Below are positions 1-6,768 of a stretch of DNA of 38,227 bases, piece by piece. The notes beneath the pieces were generated by a model. The model was given only the letters and a program-made list of their open reading frames with translations. It did not search any database and was not told where the DNA came from. The position numbers and the translations under genes are program-made. The stretch is from a virus. The first letter of the stretch is position 1, and the number at the start of each line of letters is the position of its first letter. The stretch is taken from the IMG/VR virus record IMGVR_UViG_3300012305_000003; one strand, written 5' to 3'.

Positions 1-127
1 GCGCAAGCTGTGCAAGGAAGTGAATAAAGCGAAGTGAATTATCCAAGATGCCATAGGTCCGCATGTGAACATTGGCAGCCAGGCCAAGTTCTTCAGCACG
101 CGCTTGACTGGCACCTAGTTTTTTAAA
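1..127. repeat. Terminal overlap identical to 38101-38227 (circular closure of a 38,100-bp unit)
   Basis: Direct reading: gcgcaagctgtgcaaggaag...gcacctagttttttaaa occurs at both window ends, 127/127 identical. It lies inside a reading frame that stays open across the junction. Confidence 0.95.
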
Positions 128-217
128 TACAGCGGTCAAGGTGCCACGGCCAATGATGCCATCATCATGCACACCAACAGCTTTTTGAAGTTTTTTAATT
201 TGAGTGGTGTTCATCAT
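1..217 (-). CDS. Endolysin, 5' part (N-terminal peptidoglycan-binding domain). Same gene as 37730-38227 once the circle is closed (195 aa total).
   Basis: Hand translation of the minus strand from ATG 217 (or 214) gives MMNTTQIKKLQKAVGVHDDGIIGRGTLTAVFKKLGASQARAEELGLAANVH, followed in frame by MRTYGILDN..., which is the ORF-track start. LQKAVGVxxDGIIGxxTxxA is the PG_binding_1-type motif. The start overlaps the stop of ORF 195-503. Confidence 0.75.
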   Translation of the reverse strand, partial: MMNTTQIKKLQKAVGVHDDGIIGRGTLTAVFKKLGASQARAEELGLAANVHMRTYGILDNSLRFIHFLAQLA

Positions 218-503
218 CTTTATCCGTATTAAAAAATTTAGGACGTGCACCCTCCTTACCCCAGATATAAAGCTGTCGGGTGAAAAGTACGAATACAATA
301 CTTACCGTGGTGTAAAAAAGAGTTCCGGCTGGGCTGGGTGAGTAGTCATCTTTTACAAAGAGGGCTACCCCAAAAATAATTGACAGCATCAAGAGAAAAT
401 CGATGTGCTTTGGTAATCTAATTTTTGGGTGAAATACCATAATTGCAAACGAAACCAGAAATAATACCAATGCCGTCTTACTTATGATTAGCAGCATCTT
501 CAT
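195..503 (-). CDS. Holin-like membrane protein (about 3 TMDs, MKM dual-start motif, charged C-terminus)
   Basis: 102 aa with three hydrophobic stretches (LLIISKTALVLFLVSFAIMVF, IDFLLMLSIIFGVALFV, TLFYTTVSIVFVLF) and an acidic/basic tail KEGARPKFFNTDKDDEHHSN. It starts Met-Lys-Met as lambda S does and lies directly upstream of, and overlapping, the endolysin. Confidence 0.55.
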   Translation of the reverse strand: MKMLLIISKTALVLFLVSFAIMVFHPKIRLPKHIDFLLMLSIIFGVALFVKDDYSPSPAGTLFYTTVSIVFVLFTRQLYIWGKEGARPKFFNTDKDDEHHSN

Positions 504-810
504 TCTCCTTTTTGACTAAACCAAGAAGTCTTGATCGGGCCAAACTTAATAATGCTTCAGCTGTACTTTTACCAGCAGCGCCCAGAATGAAACCAAATAG
601 TTCTGGGTAGTTACCGCTAGCAAGAAATAAACTTGCCGGTTTAGCAAAGACCACACATAAAATGAAGCCTGCGAAGAATCCTATCCAGCGATCCCGAGTT
701 GGCTCCTTGCTTAATAGAAAGCCAAAAGTTGCACCCAGCACACCTGTAAAAAGGATGTGCGAATGGTTCTTTATGCTTTCCAATACTTGACTAAGAAAGT
801 CCATATGCAT
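478..810 (-). CDS. Holin-like membrane protein (3 TMDs, charged C-terminus)
   Basis: 110 aa with hydrophobic segments ILFTGVLGATFGFLL, WIGFFAGFILCVVFA and LFGFILGAAG, and tail RSRLLGLVKKENEDAANHK. It starts Met-His-Met; an AAGGGG Shine-Dalgarno is better spaced for the second ATG (804). It is the first gene of the lysis cassette. Confidence 0.6.
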   Translation of the reverse strand: MHMDFLSQVLESIKNHSHILFTGVLGATFGFLLSKEPTRDRWIGFFAGFILCVVFAKPASLFLASGNYPELFGFILGAAGKSTAEALLSLARSRLLGLVKKENEDAANHK

Positions 811-846
811 CCCCTTTAGTCATACACCCCCCTATAAAATCGGCAT

Positions 847-869
847 TAAAAAAGAGCCTTTCGGCTCTA
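847..869 (-). terminator. Intrinsic terminator (minus strand) upstream of the holin gene
   Basis: The minus strand reads AGAGCC-GAAA-GGCTCT followed by TTTTTTAAT. Confidence 0.6.
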
Positions 870-910
870 CTGGTGGATCAGATGAATAATCATTTGACAT
901 TGCGCCCCCT

Positions 911-973
911 AAATTTTGGTAATAAAAAACCCTGATCTCATTAAAGACCGGGGTTGGTGGTAGTTTGTTGAGT
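911..973. repeat. Copy B of a ~60-bp imperfect direct repeat (partner 3670-3727); contains an imperfect minus-strand terminator hairpin at 928-955
   Basis: Shares AAATTTTGG(T/C)AATAAAAAACCC (22/23) and TTTGTTGAGT (10/10) with copy A. Both copies have an AACCC...GGGTT hairpin between these blocks. Confidence 0.8.
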
Positions 974-1021
974 AATCTTGATTTAAAATCATCCTGTTCG
1001 AATTATTTATTTTTAAAAATC

Positions 1022-1561
1022 ATGCTAATCAAATATATAAAGAGTGACCTTTACCGATATGCAGGTAATACAAGTTTCAAATCCTTTTTAAAAAATTATA
1101 TTGCGAATAGAGGTTTTAATTTTAGCTTCTGGCTTCGTATATGTAACCAAGGTGGGATTTTATCTAAATTAGCTTATCCAATTTTTTGGTTAAAAAGAAG
1201 AAAATATGGAATTGATATTCATAGAGGAACTAAAATTGGATATGGTTTGTATATAGGACATGGAGGCCCTTTGATCGTTAACCCGACTACAATTATTGGA
1301 AACAACGTTAATCTCTCACAATATACAACGATCGGCTCAAACTCAGGAAAAGCAGCAGAAATTGGAGATAATGTTTATATAGGACCAAATGTGTGTTTAA
1401 TTGGCAATGTAAAAATTAGCTCAAATGCCACCATTGGCGCAGGGAGTGTAGTAACTAAAGATATTCCTGAGAATGCTACTGCTGCGGGAAATTATGCAAA
1501 AGTTATTAATTTTAACAATCCGGGAAAGTATGTTAATAAGCGGTGGAATGATGTTAGTTAA
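1022..1561 (+). CDS. Hexapeptide-repeat (LbH) sugar/serine O-acetyltransferase family protein; probable surface-polysaccharide O-acetyltransferase (lysogenic-conversion moron)
   Basis: The IKSDLYRY N-terminus followed by IGYGLYIGHGGPLIVNPTTIIGNNVNLSQYTTIG...IGDNVYIGPNVCLIGNVKISSNATIGAGSVVTKDIP is the WcaB/CysE-like left-handed beta-helix pattern. It is on the opposite strand to all neighbours. A sampled line is about 27% GC. ATG 1022 is preferred over the TTG at 965, which lies inside the repeat. Confidence 0.8.
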   Translation: MLIKYIKSDLYRYAGNTSFKSFLKNYIANRGFNFSFWLRICNQGGILSKLAYPIFWLKRRKYGIDIHRGTKIGYGLYIGHGGPLIVNPTTIIGNNVNLSQYTTIGSNSGKAAEIGDNVYIGPNVCLIGNVKISSNATIGAGSVVTKDIPENATAAGNYAKVINFNNPGKYVNKRWNDVS

Positions 1562-1600
1562 AATCCCATTTTGTATAAAATGGGTTGATGTTAAATTCCA

Positions 1601-1630
1601 AAAAACCACCTAATATTATAGGTGGTTTTT
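1601..1630. terminator. Bidirectional intrinsic terminator between the convergent acetyltransferase and tailspike genes
   Basis: AAAAACCACCTA-ATATTA-TAGGTGGTTTTT: a perfect 12-bp stem with an A-tract and a T-tract on either side. Confidence 0.85.
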
Positions 1631-1644
1631 ATTATCGATGTTTT

Positions 1645-3654
1645 TTAAGTTACTAATGTTCCTGCTTGGTCATACCAGTTAGTACCATCACTTGTAAGAA
1701 CCTTTTTCAAGGTTATGTCAAAAATACTAGAGTAGGCATTAACAGCAGTTGCAGCCGGTCGTTGTGCTGTGGAAAATCCGCGTAAAGCGATAGGGGTATC
1801 AATTTTTGCAGTATTACCTATGTTTCTAGCGATAACAGCTTTATTTAGAGCTGTATTTGCAATACTAAAAGGTGCTGTACTATGTAGATTGACACATTCA
1901 TTATCTTGCAGGGATTTACCATTTGTGGCATTAAATCGGATACCAACCGTAGTTGTCTGGGCTGTAGTTGCGGAACATCTGTTCTTGTCTACAACAGAGC
2001 CTACGGCCTCAGATTGAATATACGCAACTGGACTCGCGTGGAGCAAATCTAAAAGCCTATTATCTTTAATGACAGAGCCAGTAGATTCGAGATAAATAAA
2101 ACGATCTGCTGTGCCATTAGACATCGTATTATTAGATAGTTCAACAAAACCACCAGATGCGCCTGAGTAGATGAGTCCACACTCATTAAACACACTATTA
2201 TGCAACTTGTTCGACTTTCCGTTTAAAGAAAGACCTGTACTGCATTGATAAAACTCGCATCTGTTATCCAGATATATGCCATCAGAAAGAACATGCGTAG
2301 TTATCGCCTGATAGCCAGTATTTAAGATATTCCTAAACTTACACCCTAGTAAAGATGCGAAAGCACCTGCGTTAGCTCCAATTCTGAGTGCTGCCCCCGA
2401 GCCAACCGGAAAGTCTTCAAAGACCGTACCGTCAAACACTGTGTCAGGGTTGGTAATCTGACAACCACCACAGTTCGATGCGTCTGGTAATTGTGTCGCA
2501 CCTACTGTACCCGTAGGTACAAGCGCTCCGTTTAAAATCCACTTGTCAGAGACATTTGGAGCTGTAATCTCACCACCGTTTACAAAAATATTACGTGGAC
2601 TGTCATGCTGAGTGACCATAAGCTGCCAACCAACATTTCCTTTAAACTTACAATCGTTGAAGAAAATATTTTCAATAAGGCCATCGCCGCCATATCCATT
2701 CGACTCCAGATCAAACCCAGCCATCGGAAGCGTACCGTTAGCTCCGGTAAATTCGCAGTTGTTAAAATGCAGATCGTGACCAACGATGATTGCTGCGGAG
2801 TTTCGATAAGCATTATCTGACTTGCAGTTAAAGAAAAATCCATTTTGAGTTTGTGTTGCTTTGATAAGCGGAGTGCGACAATCAAAATAGAACCCATCGC
2901 AAACGGAGTTTAATGCGTTAACGTTGAAGCAAAAGAAGTTCTTACATTCACGGAATGTTAATGTATGGATTGACTTTTCTTGCGGCGTCCGGTTTTCGCG
3001 GTTTCCGTCAAAATCAAAGTTAGACAACACGAAGTTTGAGCATGCATTCAAGAACATCACTCGATTTTCGGAGCTTGTAATCGATAGTGGTGATGCCTTG
3101 ATGTATCCGTTTTCGAGCCTGAAATTGCTTTTCGTATTAATCGCAACTTGTTGTCCACAAATTACGGTTTTCCCCTCAAAATCAACAATTGTACTAGGCC
3201 TAATATTGTTGAGCATCAATTGAACTTTTGTAGCTTCATCAGTCCCGTCGCCCTTAATATTAAAATCTGAAGCATATATAACCTTCTCAAGCTTTCTTGA
3301 AAAAATATTGTTTACAGCTTGCTGTGTCATTCCACTTGCATCAACTACAAATGAAGCATCCCACCCCTTGTTATTAAAATCCACAAGAACAAAAGCGCTA
3401 TTTCTATTTTTAATCACAATAGAGTGCTGTGCTGTTTTTAAGTAAACCTTGGTTGGACTGCCATTGCGCACAGGATAGCCGTTTCGGGTGCGAATTGGTT
3501 GTGCTGCAGGCACAGTGAAATCTGCATCCCAAAACACCTCAACAGGGAACAGCTCCGGATCTTTTCCGTACTCCCCAAAAAACAAGAAGCCCGCATCAAG
3601 CGGGCTTCCATCAATATCAGCAATGGCTGTGTAGGGTGCTAAAAACATGGTCAT
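1645..3654 (-). CDS. Tailspike: P22-type head-binding N-terminus plus right-handed beta-helix (pectate-lyase-like) polysaccharide depolymerase
   Basis: The N-terminus (DGSPLDAGFLFFGEYGKDPELFPVEVFWDADFTVPAAQPIRTRNGYPVRNGSPTKVYL...HSIVIKNRNSAF) parallels the recalled P22 gp9 head-binding domain. The centre has repeated beta-helix rungs (LSNFDFDGNR, FHFNNCEF, IFFNDCKF, SVFNECG, LSNNTM). 669 aa, and it is the last structural gene. Confidence 0.85.
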   Translation of the reverse strand: MTMFLAPYTAIADIDGSPLDAGFLFFGEYGKDPELFPVEVFWDADFTVPAAQPIRTRNGYPVRNGSPTKVYLKTAQHSIVIKNRNSAFVLVDFNNKGWDASFVVDASGMTQQAVNNIFSRKLEKVIYASDFNIKGDGTDEATKVQLMLNNIRPSTIVDFEGKTVICGQQVAINTKSNFRLENGYIKASPLSITSSENRVMFLNACSNFVLSNFDFDGNRENRTPQEKSIHTLTFRECKNFFCFNVNALNSVCDGFYFDCRTPLIKATQTQNGFFFNCKSDNAYRNSAAIIVGHDLHFNNCEFTGANGTLPMAGFDLESNGYGGDGLIENIFFNDCKFKGNVGWQLMVTQHDSPRNIFVNGGEITAPNVSDKWILNGALVPTGTVGATQLPDASNCGGCQITNPDTVFDGTVFEDFPVGSGAALRIGANAGAFASLLGCKFRNILNTGYQAITTHVLSDGIYLDNRCEFYQCSTGLSLNGKSNKLHNSVFNECGLIYSGASGGFVELSNNTMSNGTADRFIYLESTGSVIKDNRLLDLLHASPVAYIQSEAVGSVVDKNRCSATTAQTTTVGIRFNATNGKSLQDNECVNLHSTAPFSIANTALNKAVIARNIGNTAKIDTPIALRGFSTAQRPAATAVNAYSSIFDITLKKVLTSDGTNWYDQAGTLVT

Positions 3655-3669
3655 AACTTAAATTCCATA

Positions 3670-3727
3670 AAATTTTGGCAATAAAAAACCCGACCTAAAG
3701 GGATCGGGTTAGATTGATTTGTTGAGT
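3670..3727. repeat. Copy A of the ~60-bp imperfect direct repeat (partner 911-973); includes a minus-strand intrinsic terminator at 3681-3710
   Basis: The minus strand reads AACCCGA-tccctttagg-TCGGGTT followed by TTTTTTATT, immediately after the stop of the 911-aa gene. Sequence blocks are shared with 911-973. Confidence 0.8.
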
Positions 3728-3729
3728 GG

Positions 3730-6465
3730 TTAGAACTTGCCTGAGCCTCCGGCTGGCTTCTCAAATTGCTTTATGATGGCATGTGCCCTTGCTACCTCTT
3801 TTTTACCTTTCATATGCTTCACTGCCTCTCGCAATGCAAGCGTTACAGGTACGGGAACTGGTATTCCAGTGAATACTGTTCCTATAGTAGCGTCCATCAT
3901 GGTTGCTATTAGTGTTCCAGTATTTGACCAGTTGACACCAGTGCCTTCAGGAACGGTTTTAATGATCTTTGCAAGTTCTGCAGCATTGCGAATCTTTTCG
4001 GCTTCCTGTTTTCCAAGGAGCGTATCGAGTCGCTGTGTAGTGCCATCAAGAGTCTTAACCACCTTTTCCATTTTTGATGCAAGTAAAGCATTATTGCCCT
4101 GGGCGTCTTGAGCACCTGAGAAGGCCTCATTGCGGATCTTGTCGATAATTGACGCTTGCAAATCATTCCACGCCTGCTCACCACCTTCAGACTGTAGAAT
4201 TTTTTTCTTAACAAACTCTAAGTCTTTTTGGGAAGTGGTTGGCTTGATGATTCGATTCACAATATTTTCATCAATAATCTTCCGGTCTCCACTGTTCGCA
4301 CCTCTCTTCATTGCCACCAAATCAGAAAGAACAGCTCGCCCCTCCCAGCTTTGTTTGAACTGTGAATATTCTTTACGAACCTCGCGGAAAGCATTACTAC
4401 CACTGTTATCCAAAGAATTATCAATCAATTTTTTAAGTCTAGTCTTAATGCGAATATCACCATCATCTGAGTTACTACCCAAATCATTGATTAGCTTGCG
4501 CCATTCTTCAACTTGGTTTACGTTTGGCTCTTGTCCTTTAGGTTTTGGTACCAATCTTCCTTCCACTTCATCAGCAACACCAAGTCGCACTGCTGCGCGT
4601 TTTGCATCCCTGTAGATTGCAGTAGTCTCAAGATCAACATTCTCATTAATCAAATCCAATGTAGACTGGCTATCTAGTTGAATACCACGCTCATCAGCTG
4701 CCTTGAGATCGTCTTCTGCCCACTTCGGCTCATTGCTAAGATCAACTTTTGTTTGTGCGCCTTCAGACTCGCGGACTGCCTGATATTTTTTGTTTACAGC
4801 GGCTCTCTCTACCTTAAACTGAGTTCCAAGAACATCATTTATGCGCTCACCCACTTCGGCTGCATTGGTTGTAGTTGCACCTTTGCTATAAATCATGTCA
4901 TCAATAGCCGTTCCAAGAGCTTGCTGCTGATTATTTAAATGATCCTGGATGATCTGCCCCGCTTCACCACCTTTGCGCGCTAAATTGTGCATTTCTGCCA
5001 AGTCTGTGGGGTTGCGTGATACTTGGGCTGTCGTAGAGGGCACATTGAATTCATTAAACATGGCCTGACGAGTGGTTTCTATTGGCACAGATGCAGCACC
5101 CATGCTGCCACCAGCATCGGCAGTACGAAGACCTGTAGCCTCACCAACTTTATTAACGGTGCTCTTAGCTGCCTCAGTCACTACTGCGACTGGCCGTTTT
5201 GCTTGCTCTACCACTTGAGCCACGACAGGCTTTGCAGCCTGAGCCACTTCCCTTGCTGCTGTGGTCGCCACTGGCACAGATGCGCGTCCAAGTGTTGCAG
5301 CCGACGTGCCGACACCACCACCCAGGACAGGCGGCAATGTATCAAGACCAGTATCTTCAACAAACTCACCCACCGCGTCGACGGCACGTTGTCCGGCTGC
5401 TGTGTTTGGTTCATAGGTCAGAGCATTAGAAAATTGAGTTGCGCGATTCACAGCATTCTGTGCGCCTTGTTGTGTGCCAAATGTGCCATCAACAACAGAT
5501 TCAGCAATACCATGCAAACCGCCTGCAGCCTGACCAATAGCGCCACCAATCATGCCTGTTCCCACGGTCAAAGCGGCTTCACCACCACCGATAATTTTAT
5601 CCATGGTACTGAGTGGGGCTTGCTGTGGTGGAGCTTTTGGCATTTCAGGTGTAACAATCTGACCATTGGCATCAAAATCAGGGAGGGAGCTTTGGTGATT
5701 TGTCGGCTTTGGGAGTTTTACAATATTGTCATTTAAGTCTCTCTCTAGAGCTGCTCGTTGTTGCTTGTTGAGCTTTCCAGAGTAATAAGCATCAGATACA
5801 TTTTGAGGCAGCATGACTGGCTCTACTGCTTTTTTTTGACCCATTAATTTAGCGCCATTAGGCAGCATGACCTTGCCAGCCTTTACATCTGATTCAAAGG
5901 CATTCTTTTGCTCGGCTGTGAGTTTTCCGCTGCGATATGCTTTATAGACATCAGCAATGGTTGGTTGCTTCTGAGCCTCTCGCTTACCCTTAACGCGATC
6001 AAATGTGCTGCCACTCATTCCAATATCGCTCCATGTTTTTTTAGGTTGTTTATAACTATCTGGTGCAGAAGGAAGGGAGGCCCAAGTACCACCTGACTTC
6101 TTGACTGCTGTGGGAATATCCCCTTTTAAGACATGGGGTAGTGCACCGTTTTGAGCTAATAGTGCGACAGCGGCAATATCTTGGCTTTTGGGTGAAAAGT
6201 CTTTCAATCCAAGTTGTTTTGCGAGACCATTCCAAGTTGGTTCTAGGAATTGGTAACGACCTGCGGCACTGGTTTTATTTTTTTTACCATCGGTCTGGGT
6301 GAACTCTTTCAGAATACCGGGATGTTTACTTAAATCACTTAAACGCTCGTTACCAAACATTGTGTTGTAACCATGCTTCACGCCTTCAGCCGAAGCGATC
6401 ACCCCTAGCATTTTTCGAACATTTGGGTTTTTTAGATGTTGTTCAATTTCTTGTCGTGACAGCAT
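3730..6465 (-). CDS. Large internal virion/ejection protein (P22 gp16 position) with an N-terminal lambda-R-type lytic transglycosylase (GH104) domain
   Basis: N-terminal ...GVKHGYNTMFGNERLSDLSKHPG...TSAAGRYQFLEPTWNGLAKQLGLKDFSPKSQDIAAVALLAQNGALPHVLKGDIPTAVKKSGGTWASLP aligns closely with recalled lambda R (GAGRYQLLSRWWDAYRKQLGLKDFSPKSQDAVALQQIKERGALPMIDRGDIRQAIDRCSNIWASLP). The remaining ~750 aa are Ala/Gly/Gln-rich and helical. Confidence 0.85.
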   Translation of the reverse strand: MLSRQEIEQHLKNPNVRKMLGVIASAEGVKHGYNTMFGNERLSDLSKHPGILKEFTQTDGKKNKTSAAGRYQFLEPTWNGLAKQLGLKDFSPKSQDIAAVALLAQNGALPHVLKGDIPTAVKKSGGTWASLPSAPDSYKQPKKTWSDIGMSGSTFDRVKGKREAQKQPTIADVYKAYRSGKLTAEQKNAFESDVKAGKVMLPNGAKLMGQKKAVEPVMLPQNVSDAYYSGKLNKQQRAALERDLNDNIVKLPKPTNHQSSLPDFDANGQIVTPEMPKAPPQQAPLSTMDKIIGGGEAALTVGTGMIGGAIGQAAGGLHGIAESVVDGTFGTQQGAQNAVNRATQFSNALTYEPNTAAGQRAVDAVGEFVEDTGLDTLPPVLGGGVGTSAATLGRASVPVATTAAREVAQAAKPVVAQVVEQAKRPVAVVTEAAKSTVNKVGEATGLRTADAGGSMGAASVPIETTRQAMFNEFNVPSTTAQVSRNPTDLAEMHNLARKGGEAGQIIQDHLNNQQQALGTAIDDMIYSKGATTTNAAEVGERINDVLGTQFKVERAAVNKKYQAVRESEGAQTKVDLSNEPKWAEDDLKAADERGIQLDSQSTLDLINENVDLETTAIYRDAKRAAVRLGVADEVEGRLVPKPKGQEPNVNQVEEWRKLINDLGSNSDDGDIRIKTRLKKLIDNSLDNSGSNAFREVRKEYSQFKQSWEGRAVLSDLVAMKRGANSGDRKIIDENIVNRIIKPTTSQKDLEFVKKKILQSEGGEQAWNDLQASIIDKIRNEAFSGAQDAQGNNALLASKMEKVVKTLDGTTQRLDTLLGKQEAEKIRNAAELAKIIKTVPEGTGVNWSNTGTLIATMMDATIGTVFTGIPVPVPVTLALREAVKHMKGKKEVARAHAIIKQFEKPAGGSGKF

Positions 6466-6483
6466 TTACTTTTCCTTAGGTGA

Positions 6484-6507
6484 TAAAAAACCTCCCGAAG
6501 GAGGTTA
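6484..6507 (-). terminator. Intrinsic terminator (minus strand) after the 77-aa lipoprotein gene
   Basis: The minus strand reads AACCTCC-TTCG-GGAGGTT followed by TTTTTAT. Confidence 0.7.
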
Positions 6508-6528
6508 GTGTTTAATTGGACAGAATCT

Positions 6529-6762
6529 TTAAGGCCTGTAATCCCATAACGCGCCATTCTCACCGCAATTTCTTTCAATAGCATTCATCGAGGTTTCTGT
6601 GTCGTAAGTGCCTTTTCGCCACTCATTTACAGCAACTTGAATATACGCCCTGCAGTTGGCTGGCAAACCCAATTCACCACCATAAACTGGCTTGCTATTC
6701 GAATCTCCTTTAGAGCAGGCGCTTAAGCCTAAAACAATAGACAAGATTAAATATTTCATCAT
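6529..6762 (-). CDS. Small lipoprotein (candidate o-spanin or exclusion lipoprotein)
   Basis: MMKYLILSIVLGLSAC has a canonical lipobox (L-S-A-C). The mature part is about 61 aa with 2 further Cys. Confidence 0.65.
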   Translation of the reverse strand: MMKYLILSIVLGLSACSKGDSNSKPVYGGELGLPANCRAYIQVAVNEWRKGTYDTETSMNAIERNCGENGALWDYRP

Positions 6763-6768
6763 GAGATT

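Noticed and set aside
1-127. The terminal 127-bp repeat considered as biological direct terminal repeats, LTR-like ends or IS ends
   Set aside because: It bisects a continuous reading frame (the endolysin). It has no inverted-repeat or cos-like character, and P22-like terminases package by headful. An assembly overlap of a circle is the simpler explanation, though it is unproven without reads.
965-1021. TTG start at 965 extending the acetyltransferase by 19 aa
   Set aside because: The extension lies inside repeat copy B and encodes low-complexity sequence (MLSNLDLKSSCSNYLFLKI). The conserved N-terminus (IKSDLYRY) begins right after ATG 1022.
1421-3623. Track ORFs 1421-1609(-), 1769-2017(+), 2580-2897(-), 2605-2820(+), 2924-3223(+) and 3438-3623(-)
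   Set aside because: They are antisense or out-of-frame ORFs nested in the acetyltransferase and tailspike genes. They are short and lack motifs and translation signals.
3737-6096. Plus-strand and off-frame ORFs inside the 911-aa gene (for example 5023-5736, 237 aa, Cys/His/Arg-rich)
   Set aside because: These are typical antisense shadows of a GC-richer Ala/Gly-rich gene. Their composition is implausible and they have no SD.
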